Source: Botryllus schlosseri
Taxonomy: Eukaryota
DNA length: 64,000 nucleotides
Assembly (NCBI GenBank): GCA_051294905.1
Contig: CM119373.1
Coordinates: 2,916,001-2,980,000, forward strand
Direction of reading: 5' to 3'
This document shows positions 14,933 through 27,168 of this stretch, piece by piece (position 1 is the stretch's first letter; each line of letters begins with the position of its first letter). The translations under genes and the position numbers were made by a program. The notes under the pieces are model-generated. The model saw only the letters and a program-made list of their open reading frames with translations. It did no database searches and was not told the origin of the DNA.

Positions 14933-15755
14933 GTTTTAAAGACCTTGATTTGATCCCGAATATAGCACATGCAATTATTACAGCGTTAATTAGTCGAGTA
15001 GTCCACGGGCACGAATCAAGCTATTTCAAAGAGTGGACTTCGAACGCCTACCGTCTGCTTTTACCAATGTCCTTTTAATATATGGGAAGGGCGCCAGACC
15101 TAGGCACTGCATTAAAAATAGGTTAAGAACCACTGATTTACTGGTATTGCGGATAGTTAGAGTGCGCGTGTGTAAGGTTTGGACTAGCTGTAATTGTTTT
15201 TGAATGACTCACTATCATGACAATCGCTATTTCGAATTTCTATTCTGACACTTGCTGCTCTGACGGATGCAATTCTGAACGCGAGGTAGATGCATGATAG
15301 ATAGTCTGACTTTATTGATTCTCATTCCATGCGTTGCGTCTGAGCCTACATTTCATCGACCTGCAATCTGTCTTTATTGGTGACTCTTTTTCCTTGTTCT
15401 CTTTATGTAACCTTTAGATATGCAGTAGCCTACATTTGATAGGCACAAATAAATCCACCGAATTCTGTATTGGTTTACAAATATGGACTCATCATATCAT
15501 AGTCATCTTGATTAATTCAAAAATTAAAGTTTTTTAATGTCTGAAATCTACCATGTCATGGTAATGAAGAAATACTTACATATAACAACATTCAAATTCA
15601 CAAATATATCAGAAAAAGTACATATATCAAAATTGTGTTCGTACAGCCTACTATATGTTGAGACGTTGTAGAAAGAGCATATTCAGCTCTGCTCTTACAT
15701 ATATTGTTAACCGTTCACACTGGAATTGATGTCAATAATTTATTTTAGATACTAC

Positions 15756-15960
15756 TAGGGATGGTGTGAACGTGAGTTTCACGTTCGCGTTTTGTGTGTG
15801 AACCTCCGAAATTTAGAGGTTCACGTTCACAAATGAACCTTGGTAGGTTCTGCGCTGTGAACCTTTTGCATATATTACAATTTTCACTTCGTTATAAAGT
15901 ATTTGTATGAAATGTATTGCATTTCAACGCGTGCGGTCACTCTATGCATGGCGCTGGCTG
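15756..15960. mobile_element. Left end of a TAGGGATGGTGTGAAC hAT-like element
   Basis: Homologous to 56166-56365. Confidence 0.65.
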
Positions 15961-16299
15961 TAGCCGCTAAGTAGCGTACATAGTGCAAACAAATAAGATC
16001 TACTCGAGCAGTCAAAATGAATGAATTTCGATCATACTAGAGGTAAGAAAATAACAGCCTGGCCATATGGAATTCGTAAAACCGTTTTCTCGCGGATTTT
16101 CATATTTCGCCCGGGCCGCAAGATGGCGCTATGAATATCTATTCCTCTCTTCTCTTTTCGCAACCTTTTGCAAATCGATCACCGCGAGAGGGCGCTAGAA
16201 AATTTGAGTCAATACAGTCATACGTCGGTGCGACGTCACACTCACATAAAAGAAAGTTTACTTTTGAAGTGTGACGTCACAGATCCGCAAAAGTCAAGT

Positions 16300-16603
16300 T
16301 CACAATCTTTTCCGGAACTTCATCTCCGAGAAGCGGAGGAGGTTGTAGGTATCACCCCACCAAATCCCCTTGACGCCTGTTTTGCGGAAGTTTCCATTCA
16401 GATTGCTCTCGGCGCAGTTCTTGTACCACCAGCCTCCTTCGCGAAAAGAAGCGCAATTCAATGACGGATGAGAATCGTGATCCGCGTCCTTCGTTGAGAA
16501 TTGTTGATTGTTGTGATATGAGAGACCATCGTAGGTTGCATTCCCGGAGAATCCGGATACGTTCAGTCTGTAGTTGTCGGATCCGGGGCCGATGCCGAAG
16601 GAG
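16300..16603 (-). CDS. Gene A last exon, FReD C-terminal (P) subdomain
   Basis: AG acceptor at 16604-16605; SFGIGPGSDNYRL...FSTKDADHD...GGWWYKNCAESNLNG...FSEMKFRKRL*. Confidence 0.92.
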
Positions 16604-19600
16604 CTGAAAATGAGAACCGCTGAGTGAATTTCGAATGATTCCAAAATGTTAAAATCCTTGCCTTGTTTTTCGCTCGAATAGTTTGTATTTCAGCCTGCAT
16701 GCGTAATATCATAAGTCTATAAGGATTATATTACGGATCATTGGGGTTCTTTCCTAGCAATAATTTTATTCGCCAACCATTATATTGGCAAATATACGGT
16801 GAATACAGGTATTAAACGCTAAAACAGTGACCCTAACGATGATAGAAGTTGGCATATCTCTATGCTCCTGTTGATTTTGTCGCAATCTGGCGTTATAGCC
16901 CTGCGTGTGCGTTGTGAGAAATACAAGATTGATGAAATGCACCGAAATGATAATGCCAACGACTCATATTCACCTGTATTTAGCAACCCAATAAACCTCT
17001 TTTTTCGTGATCATTTTGATTTTCATCTCCATATCCCCTGTCTTGGTCAATTGATGCAATGCTTCCACGCCTGAAAGAAAGTAGAGCGCCAGATGATTAC
17101 AAACTTACATACGTACGAGTTCTTGACGTGGGCGCAGTGACAAGATGATGAAACAAATTCTCCAGTAGTGTTCACTATAAACGCGCTCACACTGTCAATT
17201 TACTTTACCATAGATCTGCTAGATCACGACCAATGGATATGACACCTCTTCGCTCCTCGTGATGTGTGTCTGGGCGCACTTCATGAGATAATACAAAAGT
17301 TGTATATGAAAAGTCGTACCCAACCAATGATCTCCTTGCAAATCGCCGAATCCTTTCACGTAATAATTCCAACCTCTGTCGAAATCAACGTCTCCGTTCA
17401 TTCTTCGCTGGAAAACCTTTCATGAAAATGGAAAGGATTTAATTTTTTCTGCAACAATCGCGCATTCAACTCACGGTCCAGTTTCCTCCATCGTCAGTTA
17501 CGTCACAGAATACATTCGTGGTTCCGACTTCCGGTATGTCTAATTTAAACACACCCCCAGAGTCATTACGTGCTAATGCTGATTGGGCGTCCTCACAACT
17601 TCTCACAAGACCTAGAAATAATAGAATTCGTTTCATAATCGTCAATCGACGAATGACGTCAATCATTCCAGCCTTGTTAATGTCAGATTGGCGGCAGTGA
17701 ACAGCGTGATACTTGTCAAGTTATTGTTAGTGCATTCATTAATTTATGCATATTAACGAAACATGGGATAGGCTCAACCCATCTATTTTCTCTGTCTGCA
17801 ATATCTGTGACTGAATTTACAATCATGGATGTTCGTTACAACGGTTGGCATTTCAACTGTTCAGCCAAATACTGTGTCTTGTAATAATTTCTGATTAAAA
17901 TTTGTGATACTCATTTCAGTTAATCTACGAATTATTTTGGTGCTATATTTAGACTTTATTTTACGAGGGAGAGTTGGAGACTGAAGCCAGATATGCTCAA
18001 ATATCAGTATAAGTCTGATGGTGAATTGACAAGAATGCAGCGTTGGCGAAGGCAGCAGTTCATAAAATATCATCCTCTATAAGCATTGCTTCAATCTGCA
18101 ACGACAATGTCCATGATTAGCCGATTACCACTGCTAAAGATATCTGGCTGACAGTGCATCGCACGAGCTCGGAGGGCCCAAAATTATCTCGTGAATTAAC
18201 ATAAATTATAGAGTATTTTTTTTGGAAATTTAGGCCACTTTTTCAAAAATTTTCGCGCTGAATGCGCTATTGAATATTGCCGAATATATTGATTATTGGG
18301 TACGCATCCCCAACGAAAATACCTAGATTTTATAGAAATGGAGACTTCGATGTCGGACATTACTGTGTCTCGACGCACCAAGACATATGAAGTTATAGGC
18401 CATGTAACATGCGACTCCGAGAAGTGTGCCAGAACAATCAAGAGCGAGAAGAGCTTGACCGAGACGTAATGCCTTTGTGCAGACCGAAAACTTCGAGATA
18501 TATACAATATACTTATATGTTGTCCATAGGCGGCTGAATGGCTGGCGTCGAATATTCATGTCCTGACGATCTGAACCCCACAGGACAAAAAATGGCATCC
18601 CGCAGGGGAAAATTATTTGCCAGTAAAGCAACACCAATTTGAAATCGTGTGTGCCTTTTGGTTTTGGCGATTTCCATATCTTTTGACATAACAGATATAG
18701 GCGGTCACGAAATAGCATAATGTAACGAATTCAATATACCAACGGGTCCGCCGGAAGATCCTTAATACTTATTTAGTTAGGGGTCTTACCTTATCCAACA
18801 CACCTCACTCAGCTCTACCGTTAAATCAGATTACGTTAACAAAGATGGGATAAAAAATTGAGAGCAAAATATATGCAATTCCAGATCATATCGACCTATT
18901 CAAACATGAATTATATAAAAGTTTCGCGCTACGCTCGTTTAGTCGACATAAGGCGACGCAATAAACAGTAGACCCGATGTAGCTGATAAGTAGCGGGGGA
19001 AGGCGTACAGGCTCAGGAGGGCTGAGATGGTTCCGGGGGCTTTATTTGGTTTATCACCCTGTGGGGGGGGCAAGACCAAGCTTTTTTGGGGGGGAGGATA
19101 ACGTAGTGCTTTCAAGGTCTTGGTGGGGAATGAAGGCTCGGAATAAATCTGAAGTGGGGAATGAAGACAAAAAGGTTGGAAACCACTGGTGTAGATGGTA
19201 CGACGCAAATATGACATTTAAAATAGAAACATAATTAGGATTATGATTATTGCCATTGTTGACACTTGGAAGTTTCAGCACAGATTAAACTCATACCGAG
19301 TTCAAGAAACATTATTTCTGTCAGGTGGTTTCATGCCTCCCCTCAGATGCCTCGTCGCCCGGTAACCCCAAAATCAGACTCGAATTTTGCATTTTGCAGT
19401 TTGTCATCGCGACGCAACAATGTCGTCTGCTCAGGAGAAAGTGATCAGCTGCGACGAGAGTGAGAGTAATCAATGGGCAGCGCGAAAACGAGCAATGCTC
19501 CTGTGTATCGTCACAGATATACATTGCGATATTAATGACGGATGTCCATAATTTCTTCTAGTCTACTTTTAGTCTAACAACGTAAGCAATTTAGTTCATA

Positions 19601-21883
19601 CCGATTACTTGGTGACTTAAAATTGACTCGAAAATTTTGCTTCGAGTCACGAGTCAATCCACATTTCTGAAACGCCAAGTCAAGACACGTCAAGTCATGA
19701 CTCGATCCGTACCAACACTAATTCACGGTAATTTATGGATAGAGAGGAAGCGATTTATCAAACCTACTCAAGTTAGACTCAGTCAAGTATTGTGGCAGTC
19801 AGCGACTCATCTCCTTCGCATAGCTCAAAATCTAGAAGCAATATAGCCTATACTTACGGCTGCAATTTTTGCCATAATATCCTTCGGCGCAGTTACACGA
19901 ATAGTACGGAGGAGTGAGCTTACTAAGACATGTTCCGTTATGTTGACAGACATTCGGATGGTGTTCGCAGTAATTTTCTAGATGGAAACGAAGCGATGTG
20001 CCAAACCTTCTGAATTTATACACAGCCAAGTGTTGTGGCTAGGGTTGCATTTTATATTGATTTTTGTTTTAAATGCAACTCTAGTTATGGCAGTAAGAGA
20101 CTTATTTCCTGAGCATTGTTCAAAAATTAGAAGCGATATACTTACTGCTGTATAGTTTTTTCCATAGTATACGTCGGTGCAATTACACGTATAGTACGGT
20201 TGAGTGTCATTCTTTAGGCATGTTCCGTTGTGTTGACAGACATTCCGGATGTGTTCACAGTAATTTTTTATATAGAAACGAAGCGATGTGTCGATCATAC
20301 TGAATTCATACGCCACCAAGTGCTATGGCAGTGAGTGAATATACTTCTTGGCATAGCTCAAGAATTAGAAACGATATATTCATCTCTGCAGTTTTTTTCC
20401 ATAATATCCATCGGTGCAATTACACGAATGTGTAATGAATGACAGACATTATTCAGACATGCTCCGTTATGTTGATAGACATTCGGATGGTGTTCACAGT
20501 AATTATATAGAAAATATATAGAAATGTAATGTAAAACTGGCATTGTATTTTTTGTGGTCACAGAAATTACATATTTGATTTTTTCCATTCCACATCGTTC
20601 ATACTGTCTTTACGTGCTAATGATGAATACTCCAATGTTAGACTCGTCTCGAAGCCCAATTCCCGAATCAGATTCGTCCCTGATTGGAAGCAATATACTT
20701 ACGGCTGCAGTTTTTTCCATAATTTCCGTCGGTGCAATCACACGTATAGTACGGATGGGTGTCATTATTCAGACATGCCCCTCCATGTTGGCAGGCATTC
20801 GGATGGTGTTCACAATATCCCTCTGCGTGGAAAGGAAGCGATAACTGTTTCAAACCTACTCACGCTGTAGACACAACAAAGTATTGTGGGAACGAGCTTG
20901 TCTTCGTCTGGACATCACATACATCAGAGGTTCTCCACCGGGGGTCCGTGGACCCCTATGGGTCAGTGAAGCATTTTCAGGGGGTCCGCGAAGCCTCAAA
21001 ATTTATAAAATGGCTGATAACCTACTTGGTATTTTTTATTTAGAGAAAACACAAGGCCGTCTCGCTTCATAACTGCTAAAACTTCATGACTCACATAAAC
21101 AGAATGGCCGTCGGAGATGTAATATCCTACCATGCAAACACATGTGAATTGCTAAATTGTCAATAGCCAACTGATACAAACGTATGGTTGTTAGGTTCAG
21201 CGATGTTTTAGAAACTAATTGTTTGCAAAATTCATATTCTCATGTGATAGGCATAACCACCAACTTCCAGATGAGCTGCTAGATAAAAGTGACTCTACTG
21301 GATGTTAAGTTCACTAAAAACTGTTCCTCACTTTTGGCGTCACATATCTAGCGATCATGCCCAAAGGAGGTGTCGAAAGCGTTACGCTTTATGATTACAA
21401 TAGCAACCGCCTCTCTTTGCGGAAATGGATTTTCGGCACTCGTTCATATCGGATAGACGGCGCGGATTTTAAAGACCCGAGCGCGTACTTCAAGACATTT
21501 AGCTACATACTTCGCTTTGAACTAATAAAATTATTCCTAATTTCTACATACAGAGGAGGCTATGATGTTATTTTGTTGCTGTTTATCACCAGCCTATAGT
21601 TGATATTTGCACAGGACAGATGCCGGTTGCTCGATAATGGATCTAAATTTGAACTAAAACTTTGGGGGTCCGCGGGGGTCCGTGAGGGTCCAGAAGGGGT
21701 CCGCGAAGACAAAAAGGTTGAGAACCACTGACATAGATCAATAATTAGAAACGATATACTTACGGCTACAGTTTCTTCCATAATATCCGTCGGTGCAATT
21801 GCACGTATAGTAGGGTTTGGTGTCATTATTCAGACATGTTCCGTTATGTTGACAGGGATGCTGATGATAATTGCAGTAGTCGC
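16300..21883 (-). CDS. Gene A: multi-exon EGF-repeat + fibrinogen C-terminal domain (FReD) protein; 5' leader unresolved
   Basis: Exons 21764-21883, 20703-20822, 19858-19977 (EGF) and 17475-17611, 17320-17416, 16974-17070, 16300-16603 (FReD) have GT-AG boundaries and join in frame. FReD motifs: VFCD..GGNWTVFQRR, GFGD..GDHWLG, FSTKDADHD, GGWWY, SNLNG, SEMK. Confidence 0.9.
16974..17070 (-). CDS. Gene A FReD exon 3
   Basis: 97 bp, phase 1-2, (G)VEALHQLTKTGDMEMKIKMITKKEVYWVAKY, AG/GTGAAT boundaries. Confidence 0.88.
17320..17416 (-). CDS. Gene A FReD exon 2
   Basis: 97 bp, phase 0-1, VFQRRMNGDVDFDRGWNYYVKGFGDLQGDHWLG; 58-bp intron upstream. Confidence 0.9.
17475..17611 (-). CDS. Gene A FReD exon 1
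   Basis: 137 bp, phase 1-0, LVRSCEDAQ...SGGVFKL...VFCDVTDDGGNWT, donor GTGAGT. Confidence 0.9.
19858..19977 (-). CDS. Gene A EGF-like exon
   Basis: 120 bp, phase 1-1, NYCEHHPNVCQHNGTCLSKLTPPYYSCNCAEGYYGKNCS, six Cys, TAG/GTAAGT. Confidence 0.88.
20146..20267 (-). pseudogene. Decayed EGF pseudo-exon (gene A)
   Basis: EGF homology, but the acceptor AG reads AA and a 2-bp insertion removes the 6th Cys (GKNYTAV). Confidence 0.75.
20384..20506 (-). pseudogene. Decayed EGF pseudo-exon (gene A)
   Basis: EGF homology with 2nd Cys changed to Tyr, an internal frameshift and donor GT changed to AT. Confidence 0.75.
20703..20822 (-). CDS. Gene A EGF-like exon
   Basis: 120 bp, phase 1-1, GYCEHHPNACQHGGACLNNDTHPYYTCDCTDGNYGKNCS, CAG/GTAAGT. 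Confidence 0.88.
20925..21730. mobile_element. hAT MITE in an EGF intron of gene A
   Basis: CAG(A/T)GGTTCTC TIRs, GGGGTCCGCG subterminal repeats, TSD ACATACAT/ACATAGAT; same family as 36094-37242. Confidence 0.85.
21764..21883 (-). CDS. Gene A EGF-like exon
   Basis: 120 bp, phase 1-1, DYCNYHQHPCQHNGTCLNNDTKPYYTCNCTDGYYGRNCS, CAG/GTAAGT. Confidence 0.88.
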
Positions 21884-23974
21884 CTGTATTGACAAGTAGC
21901 GACATCATTTTATTGTTCTTGGTGTTAGGTTGATGCAGCGAATTTGTTGGATTCTGACTACATCATTTCTCATCGACAATGATAAACGTAACAAGAGCAA
22001 TCACCGGCAATCCTACGGATTCACTGGTTCACTTTCATGTATACTTGAATAGTACTGTTACTTTCTATTTTTCAAAAACGTGCCTTAAATATTACAGCGA
22101 TTCAGAAAGTACCTATTTTGAATGCTGTATACGCCTTGCGGGATGGGTTTATGATTTAGCTTATAGTCTGATGTTAAGCTCTAGTGAGCTACGACCAGAC
22201 ACTACAATATGTATATGCTAACTATTCACATGAATATTTCTGACAAGTTTATTCAATACCAATTCGCGCCTCGTGCGATGTTCTTATTGCTGTTCGCGAT
22301 TGGTAATTATAGAGCGGTATCTAATTTATTAATAATCCATATCATCTTTGCCAATCATGATATGATGGTTCTTGCAAATATAGTCGAAATCATATGCTTA
22401 CTCCGCGTTTACTCTTGGCCCGCAATATTTTTAACGATGACAATAAGTCACGACTGCATTGTAACGGGGTAAAAACTAGTGACGTCACAAGATCACAGTC
22501 AAATTTCGAGGGATATGTCCCATAGCTACACCCTTGTATATAACTCATACACAATACGCACTAGGTTTCTGTTTGGATTGAACACGTGTCTGTTGCGAAT
22601 AATTGCGACGGTACATCGTATTTTGGTCGGGTTGTTGATTAGAATTTATCATATTAAAAACAAATATTACAATTCCCTGTTTTATGGTGGAATTTATATC
22701 ATCCAATATGTAATTAGATCATATATTTCATTTCCAATTATCCACTGTCTCAATCTACTAGTCCTAATTTACATGAGCCCACATTTACTGGATATCCTAC
22801 TCTGCCGCATTGCACATTACATATGGCCCTGGTAAAACATGTTTCCTGTTACATTGGTTCTTATCTATTGTATGATTGAATTCTAACACTTTGCTGCTAA
22901 ACGTGGAGTTAAATTCATTCACGAGCGTCACCACACCGACGTCATGCGTTCTATATTTCAAATTCAGACCATAACATTTACCGAGGCTCGTTCATGATCA
23001 AATTCATCGTAAAAGCTTGATGAATAATTAACTCAGTTAAATATGTAGTATAGACCGACGTTTTATCGTCGTAGGGGTAAAGTATAAACCAAGTTGAAAT
23101 GCTTTACTTTTGAGTTGAATTGGAAACGGAGTTTACGGTGATCGACCTATCGATTTCTATAGATTGTTAGTTGCTTGACGATTACTTTATCCAATTTATC
23201 GCAATATCACCTTGTAGAGTAGCTTCAACTCGTTCTCTTTCAGCCAGCTTTTCCAGGTCACTCATAATCGTTTCAAGAGATGTTCCGTCCTTCAAAACGT
23301 ACAATCTTATTTACCTTTCTCGTGAAATCCACCTTATGTGATAATTCACATACATGAAGGCCTGAACAATATTTATGACATGGAATATGAAGGAAATGAC
23401 GAATGTTTTCATTCGTATTTGCTTCTTAGCAGGTGGGTTTACCGATTGCTCGTGCACCTTTATTATGAATTCATGACTAAGTATCCGCGGGTGGAAGAAT
23501 TCACGCGAAATAATTTAGTTGGCTGTTGATTGCGTATCGCACAACACTTCTAGCTGCTTTGTTGGTATCCACCTAATTTCATTTGAATACGCCATATTCA
23601 ACTGGCTTACCTCACAATTTCCATGAGAGATCCATCGTCCATTGATGTAATTTCTACTGCAAAATTGGCCTGCAATAAACGGAAATATTCGGTTCAGCGA
23701 TGGTGTTTTTCAATCGACAGTATGCTGTGAAGCTCGGTATGTGACTTCTAGGCTATCAAAAGAGTGGGGCTATAACATTATTGGGACTCTTTATGAATTG
23801 TTTTGCCAAGTTACCTTTTATCCGGCTATGAACACGTACATCAGTGTACAATGTGTACATCCTTACAAATTTAACTTACAAACCACATATATAACCAACC
23901 AGCAGTGGATTATAACATCGCAGCTTTGTCAAATATCTAACAACATATTGTACGAAAACGATATAGACTTGACT

Positions 23975-24293
23975 TGGTTTGTTTTGTTTTATTGACACAC
24001 ATAATTGGCGCTTAACAACTTGGTCAAATGCGCTCGCACAGTTAATGTCATAAGGTATTTTTTACGCTGGTCTTGCGCCCTTTTTCCGGTCCATTTTCTG
24101 CCATCTTTCAAGAGTTCGGCTCTTTCTTCCTCTGAGCTTTTCAATGCGATGTATTTACAGCGGGATCGGCGATGAGGAGCCCAGATAAACCTCCGACACA
24201 TAGAGAGTAGAGACATGGCAGAGCCGAGACTCGAACCAGCAACCATTAGTGTCGTGACTGCAGTGTTTAACCAAATGCACCACTCGCTTACTC
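23975..24293 (-). mobile_element. tRNA-derived SINE
   Basis: B box GGTTCGAGTC, shared SINE core, AATAAAAACAAAAC tail. Confidence 0.7.
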
Positions 24294-25789
24294 ATTGACT
24301 TGACTTGTAGTTGCTGGTTGTCGGCTGTCACCATGATATTGTTTTTCCATGATTGGTTTGGGAGTATCAGATATCCCACGATTATGATATCCTGATTATG
24401 GAGTATCGACAATGTCTAACATATTATCTGAAATTTTTGCTTGATCATGAATACATGAGTTTGGAATTCTGATTATTTTTAGCGTCTGCAGAATTATTCA
24501 TATTACATGTGTTACAGTAACTGTGATACTCAACCATTACTATAACCCGCGGAACACTTAGGCTAATCAGCAAGCCTTCGCGGAACTCAAAATTTTTCGT
24601 TGAGTCAGAAAAACATAAATCTAACATTACATATCTAACTAGACATCTTATACATTACTACAGATTGCTGGTGCATAAACTGAACTGTACATCAACTTCG
24701 GGAGTTGAGCTGGAAAATATTACTGATTTTAGTCAACCCAGCAATAATAATTCACTTAAGAATTTGATACTACCCGTTTTCTCGTCCGATGTCAAGGAAC
24801 CTCTAGTGTTCCGTGGAACACGGGTTAAGAATCACTGCTCTAGAATTTTCAAGCTAGTTTTCTTTTGGTTGAATTAGACACAACAAGAACATCTGCGAAT
24901 AATTATAATGGTTCAAGTATCTCATGTATTTCCTGTGATATTCGCGACATTGATGCCCAGATTGGGTCGAAAACTCTTTCAATTAGTCACGTCTGCTCCA
25001 AAAATGTGTGTGTTTGCTTTTCACCAACCGGTATAGCCAAAATACTTGGATTACCCTGAAACCATAATTCGTGTACAGGCGCTATATATATATATATAAG
25101 TTTTTACAGACCTTCGAGATCTCCGATAGCATTTTCATGGATCGAATATGCATATGATTTCGGGAAACTTACTGATGTATAAATCTTACACTTTCGTTGG
25201 GGCTGTAGAGGGCTTCATTATTAATTATGGCAATATCGCCATAATTTGACTCTGTCGCGGCCAAACGTTGAGTATAAACGAAAACTAGTCATAACGAACA
25301 ACTCACCCGAAGAACGCGAAACTGTCAAAATCAACGCAGTCGCTTGCAAAATTATCGAGAGCAGTGGAAACGCAACCATACTGCCTGACTATAGTATTCA
25401 ATATAAGTTTACCTTCATAAATCATTTCTGGCTCAATAACAACGTGGAACGAGGAAGTTGCGCTTTGGGCATAATTTTGGTACTACGTGAGAGATGCCCT
25501 GGTATGAACTGAGTCAACTGACTAACATTTGTTCCCCGTGTTTTTTTAAGTTGACATCTGACGGCTGTGCAAGTGTGCATGTTGGGCTGTCAATCATATA
25601 CACATCGCATCATATACAACTACATTGGTTACATTTCCTCGTCAGCGCTGAGAATTTGAGACAATAGTCATCACTTCATGCTCTTGTGATATAATTACTA
25701 TTAACACTGATTTTTGTACATAAAAACCCGATTTTATTTTTTTATGGGTTATGTTAAAAAGCCTTTGAAAGCACTTGCTTTCATATTAA

Positions 25790-25972
25790 AAAAGTTGAAG
25801 TCAGAGTCAGGAACATTATCACAAACTCCGACCCCGACTCCAGACAGTAATTTTTCACGACTCTGACTCCGTCACCAAGGAGGGCTGAAACAAATTTGAG
25901 AGTCCGACTCTATCATGAAAAATATTACAGGAACTCCAACTCTGACTCGACAGACTCCGACTCCACAGCCCT
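25790..25972. mobile_element. MITE fragment with (GACTCC)n repeats ending CACAGCCCTG
   Basis: Subterminal repeats and hAT-like terminus. Confidence 0.55.
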
Positions 25973-26814
25973 GCTATGTACTACTGCAGCATCAACTGCT
26001 CACCAACAACAATGTTAAGAGAACAATGTAAGTAAACATGGTTGTCACACAAAACAAAAACATTGGAATGACTTTTAATTGAAAATCAGGTTGACTTCTT
26101 TTGTATAAGTCTGGTGTGTGTATTGACCTCCAGCGAACTCCCAGGGCTCGTATGAACCGCGGTTGCGAACCACTGATTCAGAAGTATGATGAGTATTGAT
26201 TGGAGTGGATTGTTTCCGGATTTAAGTTGTCAGAATCACTCAATAAGCATTGTCGGTGTATCATGAACACTGGGAGTAAACATGACATTGCCTCTCCGTG
26301 GATGTTAAGGATGGTCGTTTCGACATCCATTTATCTGTTCATTGCGTCACATTGTCTGTTGTGCATCGCATAATGCGAGTGAATGAAAATAATAGCATCT
26401 ATGGTAGGATATTTTTACTGAAATTGGCTGTTAAGAGAACAGTAGGCTACTGATTTACTGAAAATACTATACCGCTAATTCCAAGCGACTTCGTCCCGAA
26501 AAGCAAGAGAATGGACGATATCCAGTAGGCGAACATCACGGATGTCATTAATTTCCTGCAGAATAATCGACAAATAAATGTTGCATATACTATACATGTA
26601 GGTTCAGTATATGTAAAATAATCGTAGTGTATATTCCTCGTGTGCGTAATTAATAAGGCTGGCAAAAGCGGCAGCCTCAGTGATTCTATTCGTAATCGTG
26701 TAATATGCGTCGAGTAGAGTCGAGTATTGTAGTATCGATTTTTATGACGTCATATCAGTATGGAGGATCGGGAAATATGTATCTTTTATGCGACGACAAA
26801 GAATGCAATGCCAG

Positions 26815-27168
26815 ACTGGCGCAGTTATGGTTGAGCACTAGCGTCACGACACCAATGGCATTGGTTTGAATCCCTGTTCAGACCAAGTTACATGTGTCGG
26901 AGGTTTATCTGGACTCTTCGTCGCTAACCTCACTGCCATTGCGATGCTTCAAGATAGCCCAGAATGATGGTGGCCTTGCCAAAGAGTCGGCAGCAAAGAA
27001 CAAGTTATACGGCTCCATGAAAAGCGAGAGAGACTGCTGGGTGAATGGATGTGTGGCTGTAATTCGTTCGTTAAAGAGTATGCAAAGTCAAAAACACTAC
27101 GGTGAACGTTACCTCCATGACCTGATGATAAACGCCACAATTGTTCAATAAAACAAGCAAACAAACAA
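26815..27168 (+). mobile_element. tRNA-derived SINE
   Basis: TGGCGCAGT A box, GGTTTGAATCC B box, shared core, (AAAC)n tail. Confidence 0.7.

Noticed and set aside
16168..16464. Antisense ORF conserved at 49468
   Set aside because: Shadow of the FReD exon; identity is explained by recent duplication or conversion, and the frame diverges in B
22390..22830. Cys-rich minus-strand reading as an extra N-terminal domain
   Set aside because: Multiple in-frame stops and no phase-compatible splice path found
22479..22835. Hydrophobic plus-strand ORF shared with 58478-58720
   Set aside because: Non-ATG starts, AT-rich composition, no domain; similarity is no more than the duplication predicts
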